Assembly: GCA_043767805.1 (NCBI GenBank)
Contig: JAYUGC010000071.1
Span: forward strand, 723-64,722
From: Pseudomonadota bacterium
GTDB lineage: Bacteria; Bdellovibrionota; FAC87; UBA2466
Direction: 5' to 3'
DNA length: 64,000 nucleotides
The notes below the pieces were generated by a model. It worked only from the letters and a program-made list of their open reading frames with translations. It did not search any database and had not been told where the DNA came from. Positions 29,401 to 39,452 of this stretch are shown piece after piece (the first letter of the stretch is position 1; every line of letters starts with the position of its first letter). Made by a program: the position numbers and the translations under genes.

Positions 29401-30525
29401 ATGGAAAATGCCCAAGAGTTCCGCCGCCGGCTTTGGGTCAGACAGCTTTACCGCGAGTACGATCAAATCGTGTATCGCTACCGCGTCGGCTTGAACGCTC
29501 CCGTCCTGAAGGTCGGTATCATGGTCTCGAAGTTCGGCTATTGGGATCCGCTCATGCGGGTCATCACCCTCAGCCAGGATCTCATCGAAAAGCACCCTTG
29601 GGACATCGTCATCGAGATTTTGAAGCACGAAATGGCCCATCAGCTCGTGGACGAAGTGTTCCGAGGCTCGTCGGGCCACGGCAAGGACTTTAAAGACGCC
29701 TGCGTGACTTTGGGGGTCGCCCCTTGGGCCGTGTCGGCGACCGGAGAGCTCCCGAAAGAAGTGCCGCGGTGGCGAGACCGCGCGCTTTCCGAGGAAGAGG
29801 AGCGCCTGCTCCGGCGCGTGGAAAAACTTCTGGCGCTCGCCGAGTCCACCAACGAGCACGAAGCGGCGCTCGCCATGCAACGAGTGCAGGAGATTTACCG
29901 GAAGTACAACCTCGCTCAGATCTCGGGCGCGCTCCAGCCGGCCCTCGTCTACTCGATGATTTGCCGCAAGCGGCGCAAGCTGTCTCGCCCCGAAGCTCTC
30001 ATCTTCTCGATTCTGGGGGAGCATTACTTCGTGCGTGTAGTGCACGGGCATGTTTTCGATGCGAAAGATGGCTGCGAGTACGTGATGGCCGAGCTCATGG
30101 GAACGCGCGAGAACGTGCTCATGGCCGAGTACGTCCACGCCTTTCTCTGGACGCAGATTCATTCGCTCTGGAGAAGCTACCAAAAGGAAACGCGGGCGCC
30201 CGGACGAAGAAAAAACTCTTACCTACTCGGCGTCCTCGCGGGTTTTCGAGAGAAGCTTCGCCATAGCGCGGAGGCGGCTCCCGCGCCGGCGGCTCCCGTT
30301 TCCAATCTCACGGCGCTCGTCGCCGCCGCCGACAAACGGGTCGACGAGTTCGTGCGGGCTCGTCACCCGCGGCTGTCTCGCAGCACGGGCCGCACGGTGT
30401 ATAGCGATCCTTCGCTCTTTGAGGCCGGAAAAGCCGAGGGCAAGAAGCTCACCTTGCGTAAAGCCGTCACTGAAAAGCAGGGCAACCGGGCGTTGCTTCT
30501 CAACAAAGGCACGACTCGCAAATAG
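29401..30525 (+). CDS. SprT-like metallopeptidase plus DUF2786 domain protein
   Basis: ILKHEMAHQ...HGKDFK; RVEKLLALAESTNEHEAALAMQRVQE; start uncertain (29302/29380/29401). Confidence 0.8.
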   Translation: MENAQEFRRRLWVRQLYREYDQIVYRYRVGLNAPVLKVGIMVSKFGYWDPLMRVITLSQDLIEKHPWDIVIEILKHEMAHQLVDEVFRGSSGHGKDFKDACVTLGVAPWAVSATGELPKEVPRWRDRALSEEEERLLRRVEKLLALAESTNEHEAALAMQRVQEIYRKYNLAQISGALQPALVYSMICRKRRKLSRPEALIFSILGEHYFVRVVHGHVFDAKDGCEYVMAELMGTRENVLMAEYVHAFLWTQIHSLWRSYQKETRAPGRRKNSYLLGVLAGFREKLRHSAEAAPAPAAPVSNLTALVAAADKRVDEFVRARHPRLSRSTGRTVYSDPSLFEAGKAEGKKLTLRKAVTEKQGNRALLLNKGTTRK

Positions 30526-31034
30526 TTAAGGACTCGGCTTGGCGTGGAGAACCTTGCGAAACCGATCCGGCGCGTCCTCGGCGATTCGCTGAGTCGTCGG
30601 ATCGGGATCCTGCTTAACGAGATTCAGCTCGTTGATGAGAAAATGGATCTCCTGCATCACCCCACTCACGAGTTGAGCCCGCGCTTGCGGCGAGAGGGAG
30701 CCCGGCTGAAAGCGGGCGAGTAGCAGCTCGCGCGCTTTGGCGACGGTCGCCGTATCGAGAGCGCGCCGAGCGCGGTCGCCGAAAATGAACCGGCCTTCCT
30801 CCGTTTCCGAAGGAAGGCCGATTCAAGTCGCGTTACTCGCTTCATTACTACGCCTCACTTTCTAATTTGAACTTAGGATCGCTTTACGGGTCGCTGCAAG
30901 CGCGACCGTGAAAAAAGTACCCGGCCCATCCGTAACAAACCGACCGGGACAAGTTCGGGACGGTTTTTTCAGAAAAAGTTAAGCGGTCTTGCATTTGGCC
31001 TCTTGAAGAGCGGGGGCTATAGTCCGGCTCTCAA

Positions 31035-32642
31035 GTGAGTCTATTTTTCGACATCCAAGATCGGCAACGCCTGAGAAATACTAGGCGCCTACTGCTCGGC
31101 ACGGCAGCCGTGTACCTGGGCTGGTGGTTTCTCGTGGAGCTCCTGCTACCAGGCTCGTTCAACCCGCTTTCGGGACGCCTGGTCATCGTGGCCCTCATGT
31201 TGGCGGTGGTGCTGGCAAGCTACCGCTCGGGACCTATCGCGACCCATATCCCTTATTGGTTTTGCGGCTGCGCCTCGCTCGCGACGCTTCATTACTTTTA
31301 TCTCTTCTATCGCAATCGGGGAGACATCAACTGGGTCGTGGGCTCCTACATCACGGTCATCGCGGTGTGCGCGTGCTTGGAAACCGCGACGTCGTTTCTG
31401 TTCTACGGCGTATACGTGTTGCTCCTTTCGGTCAGCCTTTGTTTGGTCGACCAAGATCTCTTTCGCACCGTTTTCTTGCCCGGGATGATGACGCTCCTTC
31501 TCTTCGGGTATTTCAGTCTGCGCGCGCGCCTGAGACTCGCCTCGCAGAACTGGGAAAACGCCCAGCGGCTGCAAAGCCTGTTTGACGGCGTGTTCGAGGG
31601 CATCTGCCTTCACGACGGGGGCAAGATCCTCGACGCCAATCAGTCCTTTGCGAAAATGTTCGGGTACGAGCGGCGGGAGACCTTCGGCAAAATGGTGACC
31701 GATTTCGTGATACCCGAGGTCCGCTCCCAGGTGCTGGAAAAAGTCCACACCATGAACGAGATCCCTTACGAGAGCTCGGGACTTCGCAAGGATGGCACCT
31801 ACTTTCCCATCGAGGTCTTGGGCAAGCCGCATTTCTCCGACGGAAAAACGCTTCGCATCGCCGCCATCCGTGATTTGACCGACACGAAAAAAGGAGAGCG
31901 CAACCGCGTCTTGCTGGAAGCCTCCCGGACCGCGCTCGCCATGCGAGACGAGTTTATTTCCATCGCCTCTCACGAGCTGAAAACTCCGCTCACCACCATC
32001 AAGATTCAGGCGCAAATGATCGAACGAGGCTTTGCCAAAAACGACTCGGCTCCGTCTCCGGAACAAGTCCGCAGTTTTGCGAAAAAGATCGATCGCCAGA
32101 CCAACCGGCTCAACTACCTCATCGAGGACATGCTCTACAGCTCCCGCCTTTCTTTCGGAAACGTGGTTCTCGAATTGCAAACCTTCGCGCTTTCGGACTT
32201 CACCCAGCGGGTCATCGGAACCCTTTCCGAATCGTTCAAGCAGGCCCAGGTCGAAGTCACCTTTCAAGGCGAGCCCGGCATCCAAGTCGAAGCCGACCCG
32301 GGCCGCATGGAGCAGGTGCTCGTGAACCTGCTCTCCAACGGCCTGAAGTACGGGAATGGAAAGCCGCTCGTAGTGAGCGTGGTCAGAATTGGGGAAACCG
32401 CCGTGGTCTCCGTGCAAGATCAGGGGATGGGCATCGCGCCGGAAGATCAGGAAAGAGTGTTTCAACGCTTCGAGCGCGCAGTCTCCGCGCGAAAAATCAG
32501 CGGCATGGGCCTGGGGCTTTTCATCTGCCGCCAAATCATCGAGGCCCATGGGGGCCGTATCGAATTGCAGAGCCAGGTCGGTCAGGGCACTACGTTCCTA
32601 GTCACCCTTCCCTTGAAGTCCGGCGAGCCCCCGATCCCATGA
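31035..32642 (+). CDS. Membrane PAS-domain sensor histidine kinase (no response regulator adjacent)
   Basis: About 5-6 TMs, PAS (ANQSF..MFGY...RKDG), H-box ASHELKTPLT, N-box NLLSNGLKY, DQGMGI, GMGLGL. Confidence 0.92.
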   Translation: MSLFFDIQDRQRLRNTRRLLLGTAAVYLGWWFLVELLLPGSFNPLSGRLVIVALMLAVVLASYRSGPIATHIPYWFCGCASLATLHYFYLFYRNRGDINWVVGSYITVIAVCACLETATSFLFYGVYVLLLSVSLCLVDQDLFRTVFLPGMMTLLLFGYFSLRARLRLASQNWENAQRLQSLFDGVFEGICLHDGGKILDANQSFAKMFGYERRETFGKMVTDFVIPEVRSQVLEKVHTMNEIPYESSGLRKDGTYFPIEVLGKPHFSDGKTLRIAAIRDLTDTKKGERNRVLLEASRTALAMRDEFISIASHELKTPLTTIKIQAQMIERGFAKNDSAPSPEQVRSFAKKIDRQTNRLNYLIEDMLYSSRLSFGNVVLELQTFALSDFTQRVIGTLSESFKQAQVEVTFQGEPGIQVEADPGRMEQVLVNLLSNGLKYGNGKPLVVSVVRIGETAVVSVQDQGMGIAPEDQERVFQRFERAVSARKISGMGLGLFICRQIIEAHGGRIELQSQVGQGTTFLVTLPLKSGEPPIP

Positions 32643-32656
32643 CTTGTTTCTAGGTC

Positions 32657-33925
32657 CTATTTGCGGGCGATTGCTGTTTGCTTACCCGGTCCGCTCACCA
32701 GCGCAGCGATTACCAAATCACCGCTGACGTTTATCGTCGTGCGGCACATGTCGAGCAGGCGATCGACGCCGAGTACGATCCCTAGTCCCTCGGGCGGGAT
32801 GCCGACCTGCTGAAGCAAGATCATGATGAGCGGAAGCGAGCCACCAGGGACGCCCGCCGTTCCGATGCCGGCCAGCACCGACATCAGCACCACCTGTACC
32901 TGCTGACCGAGCGCCAAATGCACGCCGTACACTTGCGCCAAGAAGAGCACCGTGATGCCTTCGAAAAGCGCGGTGCCGTTTTGATTGGCCGTCGAGCCTA
33001 CCGTCAAAACGAAACGGGAAATCTCGGGAGGCAATTTCAGCTTATGCTCGGCAAGCTCCAAAGACTTGGGCAAGGTCGCGTTGGAGGACGCCGTCGCGAA
33101 CGCGTAAATATAGACTTCCCGGCAATCCTTGAAGAACGCCAAAGGATTGCGTCCCCCGAGGAACTTCAGCATCAGGGAGTACACGCCGAACTGCTGAAGC
33201 GCGAGACCGAGCAGCACCACGCCGACGTAAGCGAGTAACGACAGGAGCAGCGTGTGGCCGAACTTAAACGTGCTGCTAAACACGAGCGCGAACACCGCGA
33301 ACGGAGCGAGCTTCATCACCCATTCGACGATCATCATGCAAGCTTCGTAGATTTCTTCCAGAATCGTCGTGAAGGGGCTTCCCTTGTCCGTGCGCGCGCT
33401 ACTTTTGGCGAGCGCCAGACCGAAGACCAGCGCGAAAAACATGAGAGAGAGCATTTCGCCGTCCAGGGCTCGGGCGGCGGCGTCGAGCGGATTCTTGGGC
33501 ACGATCTCGAGCAGCGCTTGGAGGATGGGCTTTGCGGCCCTTACGTTGGAAGCGACTTTTTCCACCGAGGCGCCGGTAGCTAGCCCCGCGACGTTCTTCA
33601 CGTGCTGGCCCGGCTGAAACAGGTTCACCAGCCCCACCCCGATGAGTACCGAGGCCAGACTCGAAAGCACCGTAAAAAGTAAAGTGCGAGAGACGACCCG
33701 GCCCAACCCATGATGGCGCCCGAGCTGGCAAACGCCGAGCACGAGGCCCGAAAAAACCATCGGCACGACGATCATGAAAATGAGGCGGAGGAAGAGCTGT
33801 CCCAGAGGGTCCAAAACGTATTGGGAGAATCCGGCGAGCCAGGCGACATCTCCATAGGAATGGAGGGACGTGCCGAGCAGAGCTCCGGTAAACAGAGCAA
33901 CGAGGAGCCAGTGGTGACGTTTCAT
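32657..33925 (-). CDS. Dicarboxylate/amino acid:cation symporter (DAACS, GltP-like)
   Basis: FLRLIFMIVVP, FATASSNATLP, NQNGTALF, GVDRLLDMCRTTINVSGD. Confidence 0.92.
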   Translation of the reverse strand: MKRHHWLLVALFTGALLGTSLHSYGDVAWLAGFSQYVLDPLGQLFLRLIFMIVVPMVFSGLVLGVCQLGRHHGLGRVVSRTLLFTVLSSLASVLIGVGLVNLFQPGQHVKNVAGLATGASVEKVASNVRAAKPILQALLEIVPKNPLDAAARALDGEMLSLMFFALVFGLALAKSSARTDKGSPFTTILEEIYEACMMIVEWVMKLAPFAVFALVFSSTFKFGHTLLLSLLAYVGVVLLGLALQQFGVYSLMLKFLGGRNPLAFFKDCREVYIYAFATASSNATLPKSLELAEHKLKLPPEISRFVLTVGSTANQNGTALFEGITVLFLAQVYGVHLALGQQVQVVLMSVLAGIGTAGVPGGSLPLIMILLQQVGIPPEGLGIVLGVDRLLDMCRTTINVSGDLVIAALVSGPGKQTAIARK

Positions 33926-33964
33926 CGACCTTAAGTAACCCGGGTCTCCAGTTTCGACAACGTT

Positions 33965-34090
33965 TCAGTTGGCGATCCGAAGCCGATCGCGCAGCGCCAT
34001 GGTAGGTTTTTCGATGAGGACGTGAATGAGGTAAGCGACGAGAAACGAGACCACCAGAACGAGCGGCGTATAAATCATCCAGATGAGGCA
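33965..34090 (-). pseudogene. C-terminal remnant of an acyltransferase-3 family gene
   Basis: VVSFLVAYLIHVLIEKPTMALRDRL resembles the Acyl_transf_3 C-terminal 'IEKP' motif; the rest of the gene is absent. Confidence 0.5.
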
Positions 34091-34269
34091 GGAGATCGAC
34101 TCTTTCGCCGCACCAGCAAGTCGAAGTGGTTCGGCCGTCCGGTCGAAGGCGTCGGCATCAGCGAAATCTACTGCCAGAAAACGGATTGGGGTATTTGGGG
34201 CAAGGGCCACAAATGTTTCGTTCGCGGCGTCACGGTGAGCGATTCCAACGCTCCGTTCTCCATCGTCAA

Positions 34270-35415
34270 CTAACGGCCGGTCGCCGCCCGAATGGCGTCG
34301 TCGAGCTTTTGCTGCGCGGCTTTGTTGAGCTTTGCTAGAGACCCAAAAAGCTCAGGAGTGCAGGCGTCCGCGGGTAAGAGCGCCCTCAGAAAAGCTTCGT
34401 CTTCTCTCGGGGTAATCACGATGTCCTTCAGCTGCCAGCTATTTCGCCGTTTGGCGTTCCATTCATAGAACCCTTTGGCGAAGGCTTCCACGGAGCCCAA
34501 CAGAACCTTGGCGTCGCGGTCGCCGTGTATCGCGCCGGGAAATGTCTGGTGCTCCGTAAAGCCAAAGCTGAGTAGCTGGCGAATCACCTGAGGATTATCC
34601 GACTCGGCCACGAATCGCTTCGGAGTCACCAGGACTGGGCCCGTTCCCAAGTCGAGCCACTGCCCCTCCTCGAAACGAGCGACCGACAAGGCGCCCTGTT
34701 CTTGCGCGGCATGAAAAAGAATGGCCGACAGATCGATGTCACCGCGGGGCACGGCCGAATAATGCTTTAGCTCGATGGTATCACCGGCAAAGACCCGCGC
34801 GTTTTGAATGTCGATGAAATACGGCTCGAGATTGCGATAGCTGTAGATCTTGATGCGATTACTGGTGACTCGCTCGTAGCCGTCATCCGGCAACGGCTTG
34901 AGCTTGTCTTTGAATTGCGTCTGCACGGGGAGCAGCGGAACCGAGAGACTGGGCTTGGCCAACCGAAGCAGAGCCAAGATTTTCGAAAAGTCATTGGGGT
35001 CCGAAAGCACCACGATGGTGTTACGTCCGAGAAAGAGCGAATGATCCCGAGTTAAGCTCTCTACGAACTCCGGCGTCAGGGGCGTGCCCGTGCTCTCGGA
35101 CAGATGCCGAGCGTACCAATCCTGCACCTCGAGCATCAGCCGGCGGCGTACCCGATGCCGGTTCTGTTCGTCCTGGAAGGTGAACTTCGTGCCGCGGACG
35201 TCGGGGGTGTGAAACTCGTAGTCTTGGGTCTCGAACACAGTTAGCGCAAGCTTGGTGGGCGGCCCCGCTTTAGAGGGAACTTCCACTTCGGAAAAGCTCA
35301 CCGGCTTTCTGAGAATGTCGCGGCGGCTGCCGGGTTCGGCGTGCGCCACGGGAGGGAGCCAGAGGAAGACCCCGAGGAGTAGTAAGCCTAAATGTAGGGG
35401 CCAACGAGACAGCAT
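34270..35415 (-). CDS. Hypothetical secreted protein
   Basis: Signal peptide (LHLGLLLLGVFLWLPPVAHA); about 381 aa. Confidence 0.7.
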   Translation of the reverse strand: MLSRWPLHLGLLLLGVFLWLPPVAHAEPGSRRDILRKPVSFSEVEVPSKAGPPTKLALTVFETQDYEFHTPDVRGTKFTFQDEQNRHRVRRRLMLEVQDWYARHLSESTGTPLTPEFVESLTRDHSLFLGRNTIVVLSDPNDFSKILALLRLAKPSLSVPLLPVQTQFKDKLKPLPDDGYERVTSNRIKIYSYRNLEPYFIDIQNARVFAGDTIELKHYSAVPRGDIDLSAILFHAAQEQGALSVARFEEGQWLDLGTGPVLVTPKRFVAESDNPQVIRQLLSFGFTEHQTFPGAIHGDRDAKVLLGSVEAFAKGFYEWNAKRRNSWQLKDIVITPREDEAFLRALLPADACTPELFGSLAKLNKAAQQKLDDAIRAATGR

Positions 35416-35687
35416 TTCATATCCAGCATCGACCCCCCCCAACTCATCATGATACCTGCCCGAAAAGGCGAAACCTACGAGCACCCGAAGTATACGAATT
35501 TAGGCGCGGCAAGCCGGTTAGTTTTTCGGGGACCAGGCACACCTTGGGATATATTAAAAATATATTTCGGTCTCATTCCTTATATCTTTTTAATAGGAAC
35601 GGAACCGCCCAAACCGTTATTCATCACCGCGCGTCAAACAACTTGTTTCGGCCTTCTCACTCTCTCAACCCTTTTCTTGGAGTTTTT

Positions 35688-36155
35688 ATGAAGTCGTTCC
35701 TGACCTTGTCCCTTTGCCTTTTCGCCCTCCTGGGTTCCAGCGCTCACGCGCAAGAAGCGCAAAACCCCGTCGAGCCCACGGATGACGTCTACATGCCGTC
35801 CGATTGCGCGGCCCCGACCGATACCTTCAACGTGAAGAGCGGCGGCGATAAAGCCATCGGGAAGAAAGCCAACGCCATCGCGTACGCCTTGGCGTCCCAA
35901 GCCTGGGCCGACCTCAAGAAGGACGAGAGCCTCGACGGCTCGAAAGTCGTCGGCGTGCATCTCTCTTCCACGAAAAAGGGCTATCAAATCGGCGTAAGCC
36001 TCACCGAGTCCCAGCTCAGCTTCGGCTCCCAGGGCGGCACGCAGAACACGCCCCAGACGGCCCTCCTCGAAGTCGAAGTCGATTCCCAGGGTAAGCTCGG
36101 CAAAGTGACTGGCTACTTCGCCCGTGCTTACGCCTCGCCTTCGTTCATTCACTAA
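35688..36155 (+). CDS. Small secreted protein
   Basis: GGAG RBS, MKSFLTLSLCLFALLGSSAHA signal peptide, strongly biased codon usage, followed by a hairpin. Confidence 0.8.
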   Translation: MKSFLTLSLCLFALLGSSAHAQEAQNPVEPTDDVYMPSDCAAPTDTFNVKSGGDKAIGKKANAIAYALASQAWADLKKDESLDGSKVVGVHLSSTKKGYQIGVSLTESQLSFGSQGGTQNTPQTALLEVEVDSQGKLGKVTGYFARAYASPSFIH

Positions 36156-36163
36156 TTCCCTTC

Positions 36164-36200
36164 TCGGGCCTCCGCCTTCTCCCGGCGGAGGCCCGAAATT
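36164..36200 (+). terminator. Terminator-like hairpin
   Basis: TCGGGCCTCCGCC-loop-GGCGGAGGCCCGA, 13-bp perfect stem. Confidence 0.65.
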
Positions 36201-36244
36201 GTCTCTAGAAGTAGCACTGGCCTCTTTGCTATTAACAGGCACCC

Positions 36245-37597
36245 ATGTCGCTCTCACTTTCGCTGTTTAAACGAGTCGGATTTTGCGTCGCCGTTCTGGT
36301 GACGTTTTTTGTCTTGGGTTGCAAGGGACCGGCCGCGGCCACGCCACAAGGCACGCCCGACACTCCGTCCGCCACCGAGCCCGGTAGTAAACCCGGCGGC
36401 AGTCAGGGATGGGAAAGCAGCGGAGGCGACGGCGTCGCCTGCTTCGACTCGCAAGCCACCGCGCAAGAAGCGCAGGCGCTCTTAGACTCCGGCAAAGGAC
36501 TCACCCAGGAGCTTCGCGAAAAGGTGCAGACCCTCGTCACTCTCGAGTACTGGGAGAACCACGAGAAGGTGAAGTTCGCCAATGAGTTCCTGGTCGCCGA
36601 AGGGATGAACGACGAGTCCGCCATCCTGAACGTCGTCACCACGACGCTCAAACGCTATTCCCCGCTCTTCTACTCGAAGTTCGTATCGGTCCAGACGAGA
36701 ATGGAACCGACCCAATGGGGCGATGACAAAGCGCTGCCCGACGTGCGCGACTCGAAACCGGTCACGCCCATCGAAACCGCCGATGCAAAATGCCGGCTCA
36801 TTCAGCTCGCCGTTCGCTACACCCGCTCCACTCCCGGAAAGATTCCCGAAGTGCGCGTGGATTTCGACGGCTGGCTTTATGCGCATAAGTTGGACGCGCT
36901 CAATCGCGTGATCCTGCAGAGCCACGAGATTTTCTATCTGATCGCCAAAGAAGGCGGCCACCCGGACTCGCAAGCCGTGCGCCCCCTCGTCGTAACTCTT
37001 CTCAACATGGATTTTCAGATCGCGCTGATGCGATTCGGGAACTCCAAAGCGATCGATCTCGTCCAGAACGCAATTGGGAGCGTGTACGGAGACTACTACC
37101 GCTTCTTCGTGAACGATGCTTCGAACCTCCCAGCGGTCGCCGTGCCTCCGGGACCGCATCAGTACAGCCGCTACAAGAGCTTTGGCAGCGCCATTGCTCC
37201 CCTCAGGGCGCGCAAGGGAAAGTGCCTCACGGAGAAGAAGTTCGACGATGCAAAACCCGAAGAGCGCCAGGCTCTCTTGCAGACTTGCGCCGACTTCGCG
37301 ATGAGCCCTAATTACATCAACGACGCCTTCAATGACGAAGAGTCTTTCGTCTTCGTGGCGCGCTACTTCATCGATCGCCTTCCCAACGTCATCGACAACA
37401 GCGAGTCGTTTCTGGTTTGGGAAAAAGAGCACCCCGAAGCGACTAGCCCCTATATCTGGCAGCAATTGGCCCGCGCCTGCGAGGTAATTCCCGGCTTCAA
37501 ACGCCAGTACCTGGGGAAGCTGTTTGATAAGGCCGAGGGCTATTGCAAATCGCTCCCGCTGCCTGCGGTCGACCGCTCCATCATGGAACGCTTCTAG
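36245..37597 (+). CDS. Hypothetical lipoprotein
   Basis: Lipobox VLGC, P/T/G linker, SGGDGVAC and SHEIFY motifs. Confidence 0.75.
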   Translation: MSLSLSLFKRVGFCVAVLVTFFVLGCKGPAAATPQGTPDTPSATEPGSKPGGSQGWESSGGDGVACFDSQATAQEAQALLDSGKGLTQELREKVQTLVTLEYWENHEKVKFANEFLVAEGMNDESAILNVVTTTLKRYSPLFYSKFVSVQTRMEPTQWGDDKALPDVRDSKPVTPIETADAKCRLIQLAVRYTRSTPGKIPEVRVDFDGWLYAHKLDALNRVILQSHEIFYLIAKEGGHPDSQAVRPLVVTLLNMDFQIALMRFGNSKAIDLVQNAIGSVYGDYYRFFVNDASNLPAVAVPPGPHQYSRYKSFGSAIAPLRARKGKCLTEKKFDDAKPEERQALLQTCADFAMSPNYINDAFNDEESFVFVARYFIDRLPNVIDNSESFLVWEKEHPEATSPYIWQQLARACEVIPGFKRQYLGKLFDKAEGYCKSLPLPAVDRSIMERF

Positions 37598-37622
37598 CCC
37601 CCGGCCAAAAGACAAGCCTTCC

Positions 37623-37934
37623 TCAAGGAAGGTTCAAGGGAGTGCGGCCCGCGCGAATGAACAACGCTCCGATCCCACCTAGAGGTAGCGCGCTCACCAG
37701 CCCCAAAAATCCTACGATGGCGCCCCACCCTTCCTCGCCCGTTCCGCCGTCGCCAAAACCAAAGCTGTAAATCCCCCAAAGCCCGCCCGCGACCGCGAGA
37801 AAGCAAAACAAGTAACCGACGAGCGTAAAGCGCCGGCCCCGCACTTCGGTATCGGCCACCACGAGCCACGCCAAAGCGAACATGAGGCAAGTGCCGAGCA
37901 CACCGAACGCAAAAAGCGCTTTCATTTTTCCCAT
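37623..37934 (-). CDS. Small three-TM membrane protein
   Basis: Three hydrophobic segments; starts directly after the FkbM stop. Confidence 0.55.
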   Translation of the reverse strand: MGKMKALFAFGVLGTCLMFALAWLVVADTEVRGRRFTLVGYLFCFLAVAGGLWGIYSFGFGDGGTGEEGWGAIVGFLGLVSALPLGGIGALFIRAGRTPLNLP

Positions 37935-37938
37935 AAGA

Positions 37939-38778
37939 TCATCCGACCGGGTTGAATCCCGAAGCGCCGGGCCCAATTTCCCGCGTAGGGCCGAGAGAAG
38001 CCCAAAGCGCATCGAGACCCGGCAAGCGATAGATCCAGTGGCCGTCGTTCAAGTGGGACAGGCGATAACCTGCCTCGCGCAGCAGCCCATCGATTTGAAT
38101 CGCGGGCTCTTCTCCGACGATATGCGGATGGAACTCGCAGAAAATATAATCGGCGGCGCGCCGGGCAAGCAGCTCGCCGGCTCCCAAAACGATCGGAAGC
38201 TCGGCGCCTTCGCAATCGAGCTTCAGAAAGCGCACGCGCTCGATTCCGTGTGCCCGAAGCACGCTATCGAGAGTTTGAGAGAGCACGGTCTCCTCCGCGC
38301 CACCGAAACGGGATTTCTTAAACTGATTGGTGGAGCCCGTATTCGTGTCCGGAGTCAGGTGAAGCGTCGTCTTCCCTTCGGACTGCGCTAACGCAAGCGG
38401 AAGGACGGTGACGTTACGGCAAGCGTTCAAGTTCAGGTTTTCCTGAATGATCGGCTGAAGCCGGGTTTGCGGCTCGACGCAAAGCACTTTGCCCTTGCCC
38501 ACGAGCCGGCTCGCCACCACGGAGAAGTAACCCTCGTTGGCGCCCACATCGACGAAGCAATCCCCAGGTCTAAGCAAGAGACCCAGCAGATGAGTCAGCT
38601 CGATCTCGTAAACGCCGTCATCCAAGACATCGCCGCCAAACTCCGATACCGGATCGATCCAAAGTGTGTCGCCGAACGTCGTCTTGGCGACGCGGCGCTT
38701 GACGCCGAGGATCTTCTTCAACAATACCGCAAGGGACGAAGGGCGAATCCGGCGCAGAGTACGATGCAGAGAAGGCAC
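37939..38778 (-). CDS. FkbM family methyltransferase
   Basis: FVDVGANEGYF, VEPQ, LKLDCEGAE. Confidence 0.9.
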   Translation of the reverse strand: MPSLHRTLRRIRPSSLAVLLKKILGVKRRVAKTTFGDTLWIDPVSEFGGDVLDDGVYEIELTHLLGLLLRPGDCFVDVGANEGYFSVVASRLVGKGKVLCVEPQTRLQPIIQENLNLNACRNVTVLPLALAQSEGKTTLHLTPDTNTGSTNQFKKSRFGGAEETVLSQTLDSVLRAHGIERVRFLKLDCEGAELPIVLGAGELLARRAADYIFCEFHPHIVGEEPAIQIDGLLREAGYRLSHLNDGHWIYRLPGLDALWASLGPTREIGPGASGFNPVG

Positions 38779-38981
38779 AAAGGAGACAGTAACTTAACTC
38801 GCGCCAAGGCTCAATCAAACGAGAAGCGTGACAAAAGGCGCGTTACATCCGTCTACCTCCCCCGAGGCAGCCTTCCTCGAGGAAGCATCGAAGCTGTCAA
38901 ATTTTTGACCAATTTTTTACCCTTTCGTGCTATGAGCCCTGTTATTATTTCTTACTGAGTCTTTTGAGCCTAGTGAAGCCA

Positions 38982-39332
38982 ATGCGCCTGAGACGAAATT
39001 CCAACTGCTTCTTGATAGTCCTCTCCTTTCTCTCGGTGTTCTTACTCGGGGATGCGCTTTCGTTCAGCCTGGCGCCCACACCGGCGGATAACGCCGACCG
39101 GGTGCTCGCCTCCTCTCCCGAATCCCCTTCTCAATTTCCGCTTCTCTACTGTGATGCCTCCGAAGCGTCCGACTGTTCGGATTCTATTCTGGACGACGGC
39201 CCGATCGACATGGCCTTGAGCTCTTTCGAATGGAGCCCGTCCGTCCAGCTAAGCTGGCCCGCGCGGGCTCCCTCGGTGATCTCACCCACGGCTGATCTGG
39301 GCCTCATCCACAAACCTCCGGAACTTTCCTAG
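38982..39332 (+). CDS. Putative leader peptide with signal/TM segment and C-terminal HKPP motif
   Basis: MRLRRNSNCFLIVLSFLSVFLLG...acidic Ser/Asp linker...LGLIHKPPELS*; directly upstream of sulP-can. Confidence 0.6.
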   Translation: MRLRRNSNCFLIVLSFLSVFLLGDALSFSLAPTPADNADRVLASSPESPSQFPLLYCDASEASDCSDSILDDGPIDMALSSFEWSPSVQLSWPARAPSVISPTADLGLIHKPPELS

Positions 39333-39452
39333 CGTTCCCGCGCCTAGAACGGTGGATTCCTCCGGTTTTTTCGGCCTGGAATCGCCACTCTCTGTCCCGG
39401 CTCGTTCGCGCGAGCTGATTGGCTGCCGACTTATGACTTTGGTGAAAAACAG

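Noticed and set aside
28878-29693. 271-aa plus-strand ORF across the dab leader
   Set aside because: Arg/Ser/Pro-rich with no motifs, and overlaps the SprT gene out of frame; the minus-strand leader has better support
30786-30858. TGA followed by a hairpin, read as a selenocysteine/SECIS site or a c-di-GMP riboswitch
   Set aside because: No redox motif or good in-frame start for a selenoprotein; lacks the GGCAAA/GCAAAG elements of the c-di-GMP-I aptamer
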